NCBI GenBank assembly: GCA_020351835.1
Contig: CP070669.1
Location: 1,157,682 to 1,220,526, forward strand
DNA: 62,845 nucleotides
Reading direction: 5' to 3'
DNA from: Nitrospirota bacterium
Lineage (GTDB): Bacteria > Nitrospirota > Thermodesulfovibrionia > Thermodesulfovibrionales > BMS3Bbin05
A program made the translations under genes and the position numbers. Below, in pieces: positions 26,801 through 35,421 of the stretch (position 1 is its first letter; every line of letters begins with the position of its first letter). Below the pieces are notes generated by a model. It ran no database searches. It saw only the letters and a list, made by a program, of their open reading frames with translations, and was not told where the DNA came from.

Positions 26801-27120
26801 TATGTGGTCTCCTCGATCAGGCCTTCTCCCAGCAGATCATCTATGAGCTCTTTAAGGTCTCTTTGAGCAACATCGAGGCCTACATCAAATTCCTTAAGGA
26901 CGGCATCAAGCACCGAACTCATGCTGGAACTTCCATCAAGACTGTCCCAGATGAGCTCGGACACCGAGGACAATGAGAATATCTTTTGCATATCGGCCAG
27001 ATTGCCATGAACAGGAACAAGGAACATCTCGCCAGCTATCTTTCGCGAGACGATATTGTCCCTTCTCCTGAACTTTTTTTCGGAAAAATTATCTGTCAGA
27101 TCCAAATGACTATACCTCAA
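26800..27120 (-). CDS. PqqD-family peptide chaperone (RiPP recognition element)
   Basis: IVSRKIAGEMFLV..., FSLSSVSELIWDSLDGSSSMSSVLDAVLKEFDV....AQRDLKELIDDLLGEGLIE is a typical PqqD pattern. Its stop overlaps the rSAM ATG by 1 nt. The TTG start lies 1 nt after the stop of the giant gene. Confidence 0.8.
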   Translation of the reverse strand: MRYSHLDLTDNFSEKKFRRRDNIVSRKIAGEMFLVPVHGNLADMQKIFSLSSVSELIWDSLDGSSSMSSVLDAVLKEFDVGLDVAQRDLKELIDDLLGEGLIEETT

Positions 27121-27121
27121 T

Positions 27122-30100
27122 TCAGTGAACTATCAGAGCAGGATCTCCAAGGAGATTGTATATATATATCATAAAGGGATCCATTCCTTTGTCGCTATAC
27201 CCCTTAAATGCTTTGATTATTATATCACCGATCGCTGAGTTATCCGAAGTGCCATCAAACAGGGCTTTATAGAACTCTCCATTGAGAGTAACCGCTCTTG
27301 AGTTAATTGATAGACCGGCCGGGGACCAGACGGCCACAGCGCCACCTTTAGGCTTTATGGAAAGCAGCTCACCAAGAGAGTCATGACCGGGAAATGCGAA
27401 CTGCCCGACCATGCACGTCAATGCGTTGAAGACAGGGAGCCTCGTATTTTCTTCAAGTGTCTCAATATCACCGGAGATCAGCAGGCCTTCGTCCGCGATG
27501 CGGTCGAGACCCCCGTGGCCAATATAATTGACCATATCGATGCCATTGTTCAGGGCATCCATAACAGCATTATGTACAACTGCCGGGGAACTCTCAGAGA
27601 GATAAACCTTGTCCATTTTATAGTAATGCGGAAATAGCGTAGAAATGCTGTCACTGTCCACGGAGAAGTCGGCGCCATCCGATGGATCATCAGCAATGAA
27701 AAGTACTTTCTTCTGAACCGGCGATAATGATTCATAGGAGATTATCTTATTTATCACGGCACCAAGCTCTTTATCAGAGACAACGGGTAAGCGACCAATG
27801 GCAATATCAGGAACGTTATCTCCCGATAGGTCAGCAAAATAATTATCTGAGGGGAACAGCCCGTTAGGCGTACTTATCATTGCTGTCGGGATCAGGTTAT
27901 CGTCTGTCCCCAGATAGTTCTTGTAGTCAAAAGTTCCCTCACCCACCAGCACGACATATTTGGGACTTAGGGCCCAGTTCTTTACTGAATATGACAGGAA
28001 CCTGCGTATAGTTTCTGGATCATATATCCCATGATTAAACTCGTCCATAATATCTTCAAGGTCAATTATCATCGGTGTGTATCCCTGTCCCTTACGGTGC
28101 TCAGCCAATGCCGAAGAGGCTTCCTTAAGCTGGGAAGGAACGATCAAGATGTAATCAGCCCTGTTATGTCTCGATCTAAGTGAAGAAGCGCTATCAGCCC
28201 ACATTGCGGGTTCGTTTACGGAGCCCCTGGATATAGCGATATAGTCGCGGCCGCTTGATACCGGTGAGAAGCTTATACTGTATCCATTATCGGCCATTGC
28301 AATGTTAGCCCCGGTTATAAGTAACGGTGATGGAGGCTCGGTAACATCCATCAGCATGATATCCGGTGATGAGAACCCTTCAACAGTTAAGACCTTATCT
28401 TTATTTGAACTGAATGCCAAGACGTCATTTATAGCTACGTAATTTCTCATATAGCGGATGGCAAAAGAATCTAAATAGAAGATGCTGTATGGAGCCCCGG
28501 TATCAAGTGATCCATTGATACTCAACATATTATCCCCGTCATTGAAAATATCACTGTCAAAGTAAAGCTCTACACTATGGGGCCTTGTGCCGTCCCATGA
28601 GGTTTCACCTACAGGGATGCCGTTTATGGATATTGCCGCATGATGATCAATGGCTGAATCGACATCGGTAGCTCCCATAAGATGTATCGACAATGATGCC
28701 GTGGCAGATACATTAGACAGGCCGGGAGTCGAGAAGTTGAAGGAGGTCTCACCGTTTCCTGCTACCACATATTGCCACAGCCAGTAATCGCTTGATGGTT
28801 CATCAAAGAGCGCTGTCGCCGGGAAGTTGTTCTCTTCATATCTGATCTCATCAGCGAATGATCGAGTGCCGTAAGCAGACAAAGGATCATTTCCGCTGAC
28901 GGTCCGGATCGTCTTGCCCTTTCCTGTTCCGATCCAGTAAACGGTCTGATTTGAATAAATGCTTTCAGGCGCCTGGCTATAGAAAAAGATACCGTTACCT
29001 TCTTCTGCCCGATGATAGGCTATCGGGGCCCCTTTATGGGATATCGATATTAATGCATTACTGATAAGGTCCTTCATCCTGCTCAAGGGTATCTTAAGAA
29101 GGGATGATAATGTGCCGGCATCAACGAAATTGAGACCATTGCTCCTGATCGAGACCTTTACACTGTTACCTCTTCTGGTTCTCTTCATAAGCCTCGCGAG
29201 TTCTCTCAGCCTTCTTGCCTCCTCAATGCGAGCCTGCTTGTGGTCAGTTATTGCGTGAGGCATGCTTACATACTTCAGGGTTGCAGCAGACATCCCTTCT
29301 GATCCAGGTCGGAGAACATCAGTCGGTGATAACTGTTCATCACGGTGATCTGCGGTTACCAGAGGTTGCCGGTCCTGCAATTGAATATCAGGACCATTTT
29401 CGATAGATCGAGGCTCGCTCTCGTCGACAAGAAATGTCTTTACCAGCTGTTTTATCCTCACTCTTCTAAGAGCGCTCTGTTTGTCCGTTATTATTATTGT
29501 CCCTTCATCATCAACAAAATGTATTACCTCGTCCTCTATCTCCTTGTTGAAAGCCTGCTTTGAGTTCGGTTCGTCAGGATAAGAGCCGGCTATGCTTATT
29601 GACCCATTAATGTCTATTGTGTATGGACCGAACATCCGTTCGTTCCCATTTTGCTCTACCTCGACCAGGACATATGTATTACTCCCGGTTGTCGATGCTT
29701 CGGGGTCAACAATTTTGTATTTGCCTCCCTGTTGAGAAGTCATTAAGCCCGGCAACAATGTCTCATTTACCCTCTTATACCTGCCTGAGCTCAGGTCATA
29801 GCGTAACACATGAAAACCTACCGTACCCGACTCAGATGAGGTCTCCCATTCGACAGAGATATTGTCACCATTCCTGTTCGCACCAAACGATGAAACGACT
29901 GCCTGCGTGAGAATGATGGAATCGCAGACTGTGCTGCTTATCGATCCAAGGACCCAGTCCGCTTTATCATTGGTATCATTGCCGGCCGGGGAGCGTTCGA
30001 TAGCGTACCCTATGGTCATCCCGGCAACATTCTTAAAGGAGTCATCCTGCCAAATGTTCGCGGTTACAGCCGCCGAGTCATCGCCCAGAAAATCAACAGA

Positions 30101-33073
30101 CGGTGAAAGTGTAGCGCTCCAGCTTACATAATCCTTGATCGCACTTGATGGGTCGTATAGAGATATCTGGTCTGCCCTGTTCTCATCTAAAGCAGCCCCC
30201 GGATCACCAAAACTATCCGAAGGAAAAGACGGGGAGGATGTATCAAACACATAATATATCCCACTACTATAGTAGTCCGTAGGAGCGCTTGCCGTATCAT
30301 AGAGAGAAAGGATTATGCTCTCACCGGACTGAAGCGTTATGGAAGGGATCGTATAACTGAACGAGTCCTCGTCGGTTAGAACGTAGTTAGTAGCATCAAA
30401 CGGATTAGGGGAAGAGTTATATAGTTCTATATACTCCGTCTGGCAGGTCGAGTTGTCCGGATAGAAAAGGATGCTGTTGATCACAAGGTCCGGCGCGTTG
30501 TAACTGGCAGTATCTGTTTTGATATCATTCCCTGGATTTGAATCTGAGTCGTCACAGTCTGTATAAGCTGCATCTATATCATTTCCGTTCGAGACCTCAA
30601 TGACGAGATCGTTCGTAACGCTTGCCCCGTCGTAAGTCGAGGTCATCAACGGACTTGCGGTGAAACTTATTGCAGTCCTGCTCGCTGAAAGAGAGGTTGT
30701 CAGCGTTATCTGGGTCTCACTGTCTACAGTTGCTACGGTATAAGTACCTTCGTCAGGACCGTTGGCAATAACGAACGTGTCACCTGCCGAAACTCCATCT
30801 GCCTGGAATGTAGATGATGCTGAGGTTACCACTGCAGAACCTGCAGTAGTTACCAGGTCGTTCTCGCGGTTCATATATTCACCTGAGCCGGCAAATGTTT
30901 CATACAGAGTGATCGTTTCCGAATCACCATCCGGGCTCGTTACTGTTGCAGTTACGGTCTCTATACCCGGCGGTGTTTCGGTGGTCGAGCACGCGTTGTT
31001 ATCAACCACCTTTATAAATACCGGTTCATTAGGAGCGTATAAACTTATATCCTGGGTGCCCGCGCCGTTCATAAAAGCGACCCTCCCGGCCCCTACCGTA
31101 GAGAACAAAGAGGCGGTTGAAGATACGGTGTAGGGCGATCCAGTGCAGATTGGATTTGATGATGTATAAATATAGTCAACTGTTACAACCCCGCCGTCTA
31201 CATCTTCCCATAGGTCATCATCAAGCTCACCTCCGGAGACATCTATGCCATTTGTTATCATGGTCTGAAGTCCGTCATCTCCAAGTGTTGCGTTCGTATT
31301 TCTGAACTCGCCGGTATCATTTCCTGTTTCGACCAGAGTAAGTGTTTCACTGTCAACATTGAGATTGCACGTTTCGACCCCGGGACAATCGCTATCCTGA
31401 GAGCAATAGGTGGTAAAAGTGGTCGAACAGAAGCCAAGTGTTCCGGTCAGTGTTACCGTAATTGTCTCCTGGCTAGCAGGGCTTGTATTGGCCTCTGCGT
31501 GGATCACGTTCACGTACATCTGGTCGGATGTTGCCGGGTCCGAAGTAATGGAGTAACTTGTTACATCGATCCCATTGGCTCGAGAGAACTTGATGGTAGC
31601 GCCGCAAGCATCGATTATGTCCGCATCATCCGTTACTGTTATGGAATTAGGATTAGTGTATGAGACATATATAACATCTCCATTGTTGATCTCAAGGTCC
31701 TGATCATTATCGGTTCCCGGATTAGACGAGCTTGAGATGCACGTACTGATGTCGGACGCGCAGTTCTGGTTGGTGAATATCCCTGTCAACGGACCGGTCT
31801 CGACCAGATTAACGGTCTCATCATCGCCTGTTGTCGGATTGGTCATGGTCACGGTTATGGAATCTATGACGCCTCCATTGCATGAATCCCCTGCACCGGG
31901 GCAGTCTGCGTCCGTTTCGCATGATGTAGCGGTATCTATCTCGCAGAATCTCCCCGTTTCTGCGGCCGGGTCCTTAACGTAGGTATAAAGGTTGTCCGTA
32001 ACAGTATAGAAGTCAACAAAGTTCAGTGAAGAATCGGTAAACTCTATGATAGGTTTCCCGTTGGGATAGACAATGTCTCCGAATGTGATAGGGTCCGAAT
32101 TCGATATGTAGTTAAGGTCCATCATATGGTCCTTCTGGAGAGGGTCCTGGTTCGAGGCGCCTGTCGAATAAACAAAGGCAACCGGAGAATCCGGCCATAG
32201 AACCTGATTGCCGTTACTGTCATTGAACGATGTCATCGGAACCTGGATCTCGATCCAGTAATCACCCGATCCGTCTGTAGTTGGAACTATTCTCGTATGG
32301 GACATCCCTGTCGGATCACACATAATGGTGCACGTGTCGGCACCCGGACAGTCTGAATCGACCCGGCAACCTTCCGGGTCGGGGTCGCTGAGAGTGGATG
32401 TGCAAAGGCCTATGTTATCAACATCGTTCTGTGCCTGAAAATGATCGACCCTTACTCCTGCGGCATCCGGGTCACTGATATCCTGCTGGTTAGAATTGTC
32501 ATAGAGGACATTGAGGCGGTCATAGGTGTTATCGCAGTCCGTGTTCGAACATGATCCCTCAAGATCTACCCAGTATTCCTTGTATCCGTCACCGTCAACG
32601 TCGATCAAAATATTCCAGTGGTATGATTTAAATGCGGTACCGGGGTTGCCCCCGTCGTTTGGGTCGCCCGTGACCCTCATCCTGAAGAATATTACATCGT
32701 CCTCCATTGTAGAGGGGTCTGCAGGGTCGTAGGGAGTTCCTCCATTATAGTATCCGAAGGACGGCGTAGATTCCGATCCGGGATTAGTCACAGCGTCTGC
32801 ATAAGAGGCCAGGTCAGTTGCAGCGGGTGTAACATTTGCCTGGCCACGAGTTGGATCACCAGAACCCACGGCCTCATAGTCGCTTATGATCTGGCCCTGA
32901 TAAGTGTAATCAGTTATAAATCCCGGGTTATTGCTGAATGAGCTCCAGTCTATAGCACATCCGGCAAAGTCAGCATATGAGTTTATAGAACTAAATGCTA
33001 CTAGTAAGAATATCAGTGCAAACGTGCATAGAATGCCGCTTATGCTTTTTGTCTTCCTAAAGAACTTCATCAT
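27122..33073 (-). CDS. Giant secreted multidomain protein (about 1983-1990 aa) with an LTD (lamin-tail) domain and a C-terminal peptidase C25 (gingipain-like cysteine protease) domain
   Basis: The signal peptide is MMKFFRKTKSISGILCTFALIFLLVAFSSINSYA/D, starting at ATG 33073 with an AAGGTG SD; the track start GTG 33094 is also possible. An LTD-like segment (VINSILFYPDNSTCQTEYIELYNSS...ADQISLYD) lies at about 30100-30495. The C25 region at about 27125-28170 has ADYILIVPS, IAIGRLPV, NYIGHGG (His codon 27515-27517) and FNALTCMVGQF (Cys codon 27413-27415). Confidence 0.85.
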   Translation of the reverse strand: MMKFFRKTKSISGILCTFALIFLLVAFSSINSYADFAGCAIDWSSFSNNPGFITDYTYQGQIISDYEAVGSGDPTRGQANVTPAATDLASYADAVTNPGSESTPSFGYYNGGTPYDPADPSTMEDDVIFFRMRVTGDPNDGGNPGTAFKSYHWNILIDVDGDGYKEYWVDLEGSCSNTDCDNTYDRLNVLYDNSNQQDISDPDAAGVRVDHFQAQNDVDNIGLCTSTLSDPDPEGCRVDSDCPGADTCTIMCDPTGMSHTRIVPTTDGSGDYWIEIQVPMTSFNDSNGNQVLWPDSPVAFVYSTGASNQDPLQKDHMMDLNYISNSDPITFGDIVYPNGKPIIEFTDSSLNFVDFYTVTDNLYTYVKDPAAETGRFCEIDTATSCETDADCPGAGDSCNGGVIDSITVTMTNPTTGDDETVNLVETGPLTGIFTNQNCASDISTCISSSSNPGTDNDQDLEINNGDVIYVSYTNPNSITVTDDADIIDACGATIKFSRANGIDVTSYSITSDPATSDQMYVNVIHAEANTSPASQETITVTLTGTLGFCSTTFTTYCSQDSDCPGVETCNLNVDSETLTLVETGNDTGEFRNTNATLGDDGLQTMITNGIDVSGGELDDDLWEDVDGGVVTVDYIYTSSNPICTGSPYTVSSTASLFSTVGAGRVAFMNGAGTQDISLYAPNEPVFIKVVDNNACSTTETPPGIETVTATVTSPDGDSETITLYETFAGSGEYMNRENDLVTTAGSAVVTSASSTFQADGVSAGDTFVIANGPDEGTYTVATVDSETQITLTTSLSASRTAISFTASPLMTSTYDGASVTNDLVIEVSNGNDIDAAYTDCDDSDSNPGNDIKTDTASYNAPDLVINSILFYPDNSTCQTEYIELYNSSPNPFDATNYVLTDEDSFSYTIPSITLQSGESIILSLYDTASAPTDYYSSGIYYVFDTSSPSFPSDSFGDPGAALDENRADQISLYDPSSAIKDYVSWSATLSPSVDFLGDDSAAVTANIWQDDSFKNVAGMTIGYAIERSPAGNDTNDKADWVLGSISSTVCDSIILTQAVVSSFGANRNGDNISVEWETSSESGTVGFHVLRYDLSSGRYKRVNETLLPGLMTSQQGGKYKIVDPEASTTGSNTYVLVEVEQNGNERMFGPYTIDINGSISIAGSYPDEPNSKQAFNKEIEDEVIHFVDDEGTIIITDKQSALRRVRIKQLVKTFLVDESEPRSIENGPDIQLQDRQPLVTADHRDEQLSPTDVLRPGSEGMSAATLKYVSMPHAITDHKQARIEEARRLRELARLMKRTRRGNSVKVSIRSNGLNFVDAGTLSSLLKIPLSRMKDLISNALISISHKGAPIAYHRAEEGNGIFFYSQAPESIYSNQTVYWIGTGKGKTIRTVSGNDPLSAYGTRSFADEIRYEENNFPATALFDEPSSDYWLWQYVVAGNGETSFNFSTPGLSNVSATASLSIHLMGATDVDSAIDHHAAISINGIPVGETSWDGTRPHSVELYFDSDIFNDGDNMLSINGSLDTGAPYSIFYLDSFAIRYMRNYVAINDVLAFSSNKDKVLTVEGFSSPDIMLMDVTEPPSPLLITGANIAMADNGYSISFSPVSSGRDYIAISRGSVNEPAMWADSASSLRSRHNRADYILIVPSQLKEASSALAEHRKGQGYTPMIIDLEDIMDEFNHGIYDPETIRRFLSYSVKNWALSPKYVVLVGEGTFDYKNYLGTDDNLIPTAMISTPNGLFPSDNYFADLSGDNVPDIAIGRLPVVSDKELGAVINKIISYESLSPVQKKVLFIADDPSDGADFSVDSDSISTLFPHYYKMDKVYLSESSPAVVHNAVMDALNNGIDMVNYIGHGGLDRIADEGLLISGDIETLEENTRLPVFNALTCMVGQFAFPGHDSLGELLSIKPKGGAVAVWSPAGLSINSRAVTLNGEFYKALFDGTSDNSAIGDIIIKAFKGYSDKGMDPFMIYIYNLLGDPALIVH

Positions 33074-33361
33074 TGACACCTTTATAACTGCCACATATAT
33101 AAGGACAGTTATTTCATTATATCAAATAAAGAAAGCAATTACTATGCCAAAGCAAAAAACATTAAATATCGGTCATATACGCTACCAATTAATAATAGTT
33201 AGGACAAATTATGTTATATGATGCTTAATATATACCACAAACTTCCCAATAAATGTGTATAAAATAAGTAAACATTATTTGTGGGAAGCGATTCCAAACG
33301 TTAATTCTTTGGAGGATGAAAAATTGACGGGCTACCTTATTTATTATAGAATCTATCCAAT

Positions 33362-34678
33362 ATGAAGATTCACTTAGCTTTATTATTAATCCCGTTCTTG
33401 CTCCTGTCGTGCGCCACTTCCGGAAGCAAAGGTGCGGGGACCGAAATGGATGAGCACAACATGATACGGGTTCCGGAGGGATGGTTCCTGATGGGTTCTG
33501 AGACAGGAGAGGTAAATGAGAGGTTTGCCCACGAGGTCTTTCTCGATGCGTTCTACATAGACTCCAATGAGGTCACAGCGAGCGACTTCTCGAAGTTCCT
33601 TAATGATAAGGGGAATGATGATGAACGGTTCTTTTCGGCAAATGAGCGCTCGACAATAACATTGTCAGGATTGCTATATTCACCCAGGGATGGGTTTGAA
33701 ATGTTCCCGGCAAATAATGTTTCATGGTATGGCGCTGATGAATATTGCCGTTGGGCAGGGAAAAGACTCCCTACAGAGGCGGAATGGGAAAAGGCCGCTA
33801 AGGGGATAGATGAGAGGACATATCCATGGGGGTTCTCAGAGCCCGATGATCGAAGGGCCCAGTACGGTCAGGACTGGGAGGAAAAAGGAATGGATGTTCT
33901 CGTCCCTGTGAGGTCCTTCCCCGGAGGAGTTTCCTATTATGGTGCGCATGATATGGCCGGGAATGTCTGGGAGTGGACGGGGGACTGGTACAGACAGAAC
34001 TATTGTGATTATTGTGATCCATCTGGGGGCGACTACGAAAAGATCGCATCCGAGATACTTGGAGAGGAGCCTTCGGATATTGCTACAGATGCACAGGCTC
34101 CTCCAAGAAGAAATCCCGTTGGCCCGTCAGTCGGGGCTTTCAAGGTACTGAGGGGAGGCTCATGGGATGATGATTCGGGTAATACGATAAGAACAACTTA
34201 CAGGTATTGGCTGGTGCCGTCCGAAAGGTTCAGTGACACGGGGTTCAGATGTGCATCGACCGACCTGCCCGTAATTCAGCCTATTATCGTGACACCGGCT
34301 GAACCGGTAGAAGTGATCCCGGAGTTGCCTGAGTTCGATCCTATCTTCTTTGACTTCGATAAGTACGATATCAGGGAAGATGCCAAGCCTACACTACAAA
34401 AGGTATTCGACTGGATGATGGCTTACAGTTCAGCGAGAATGGTCCTTCAGGGTCATTGCGACGAGCGTGGTTCGAACGCATATAACATAGAGCTTGGAAA
34501 GAAGAGGGCACGAACGGCAAAGGCATATCTCATAAGTATGGGTGTAGAGCCCGACAGGATGGATATCGAGACACATGGAGAGGACAGCCCGTTCTGTTTT
34601 ATTAAAAGTCTTGCCTGTTGGCAGTCTAACAGAAGAGTTCATTTTGTTCCTCAGTTCCGGGAAGATGGGAATAGGTAG
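33362..34678 (+). CDS. Lipoprotein fusing a formylglycine-generating-enzyme (FGE/SUMF1) fold domain to an OmpA/Pal-like peptidoglycan-binding domain
   Basis: It has a lipobox (LLLSCATSG). FGE motifs are MIRVPEGWFLMGS, NNVSWYGADEYCRWAGKRLPTEAEWEKAA, AGNVWEWTGDWY and VLRGGSWDD. The OmpA_C segment is FDFDKYDIRED....LQGHCDERGSNAYNIELGKKRARTAKAYL. Confidence 0.8.
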   Translation: MKIHLALLLIPFLLLSCATSGSKGAGTEMDEHNMIRVPEGWFLMGSETGEVNERFAHEVFLDAFYIDSNEVTASDFSKFLNDKGNDDERFFSANERSTITLSGLLYSPRDGFEMFPANNVSWYGADEYCRWAGKRLPTEAEWEKAAKGIDERTYPWGFSEPDDRRAQYGQDWEEKGMDVLVPVRSFPGGVSYYGAHDMAGNVWEWTGDWYRQNYCDYCDPSGGDYEKIASEILGEEPSDIATDAQAPPRRNPVGPSVGAFKVLRGGSWDDDSGNTIRTTYRYWLVPSERFSDTGFRCASTDLPVIQPIIVTPAEPVEVIPELPEFDPIFFDFDKYDIREDAKPTLQKVFDWMMAYSSARMVLQGHCDERGSNAYNIELGKKRARTAKAYLISMGVEPDRMDIETHGEDSPFCFIKSLACWQSNRRVHFVPQFREDGNR

Positions 34679-34726
34679 AGACACGCGGCTCTTCTTGGGT
34701 TATAAAGAATGTGATATAATCAAGGC

Positions 34727-35179
34727 ATGAAGAAATTAGTTGTCATATTGATTTCCCTTCCTTTATGCTTACTCCCGGTTGTGCATGCTTACCCGGCAGA
34801 AAATGTGCCTGCAGATAAAACAGCCAATACCTGTTCGCTGATAAAGGAGAAGATCGATGCCGGTATTGATATAACTGCGACGATAAAGACGAGCATTCAG
34901 ATGGGTTTCGATACATGCTCAATGATCAAATGCTCTATCAAGAACAACGGTGACCTGAAGCAGGTCATTGACGGTGCTGTACAGGCAGGCATGCCTACCG
35001 AGGTCATTGCCCGTTGCGCGATAGATGCGGGTGCAGATCCTCAAACACTGGCAGGTATTTTGGCCGATACCGAGAAGTTCAGTTTATGCTATCTACCGCC
35101 GAGAGATGAGGTCATTCCGGTGGGGGTATCCTTTCCAGGCGGGCGTGATAACCGGTCATTAAGCCCCTCTGTCCCTTAA
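34727..35179 (+). CDS. Secreted hypothetical protein
   Basis: It has a signal peptide (MKKLVVILISLPLCLLPVVHA/YP) and an Ala/Gly/Ile-rich, helical-repeat-like sequence. No family was recognised. Confidence 0.45.
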   Translation: MKKLVVILISLPLCLLPVVHAYPAENVPADKTANTCSLIKEKIDAGIDITATIKTSIQMGFDTCSMIKCSIKNNGDLKQVIDGAVQAGMPTEVIARCAIDAGADPQTLAGILADTEKFSLCYLPPRDEVIPVGVSFPGGRDNRSLSPSVP

Positions 35180-35340
35180 AAAATCTTTTCTTTATTTTGT
35201 GCCTTCAGAATAATTATACTAAATAATATCTCAATTCTTTTAGCAATTCTGACAGCGAAATACCTGAGTTAAGTTCAACGGATAAGTTAGATTAAGGCAG
35301 ATAAAGAATTGTATTTATGAGGAAAATTGTATCACATTTC

Positions 35341-35369
35341 TTGACAATTGTTCGAGTTTAGCATACAAT
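35341..35369 (+). promoter_or_regulatory. Strong sigma70-type promoter in front of the EPS locus
   Basis: TTGACA (35341-35346), a 17-nt spacer, then TACAAT (35364-35369), 53 nt upstream of ATG 35422. The SD is GAGGAGG at about 35399-35405. Confidence 0.5.
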
Positions 35370-35421
35370 TTCATTAAGTGTTCGAGGTGCATCATTAGAG
35401 GAGGCACTGAACAGAATAGGT

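Noticed and set aside
24149-27120. A classical lasso-peptide cluster, suggested by the YxxPxL leader, the PqqD RRE and the HprK-like kinase
   Set aside because: There is no Asn-synthetase-like lasso cyclase and no transglutaminase-fold B2 protease. The predicted core has no Asp or Glu to form the macrolactam.
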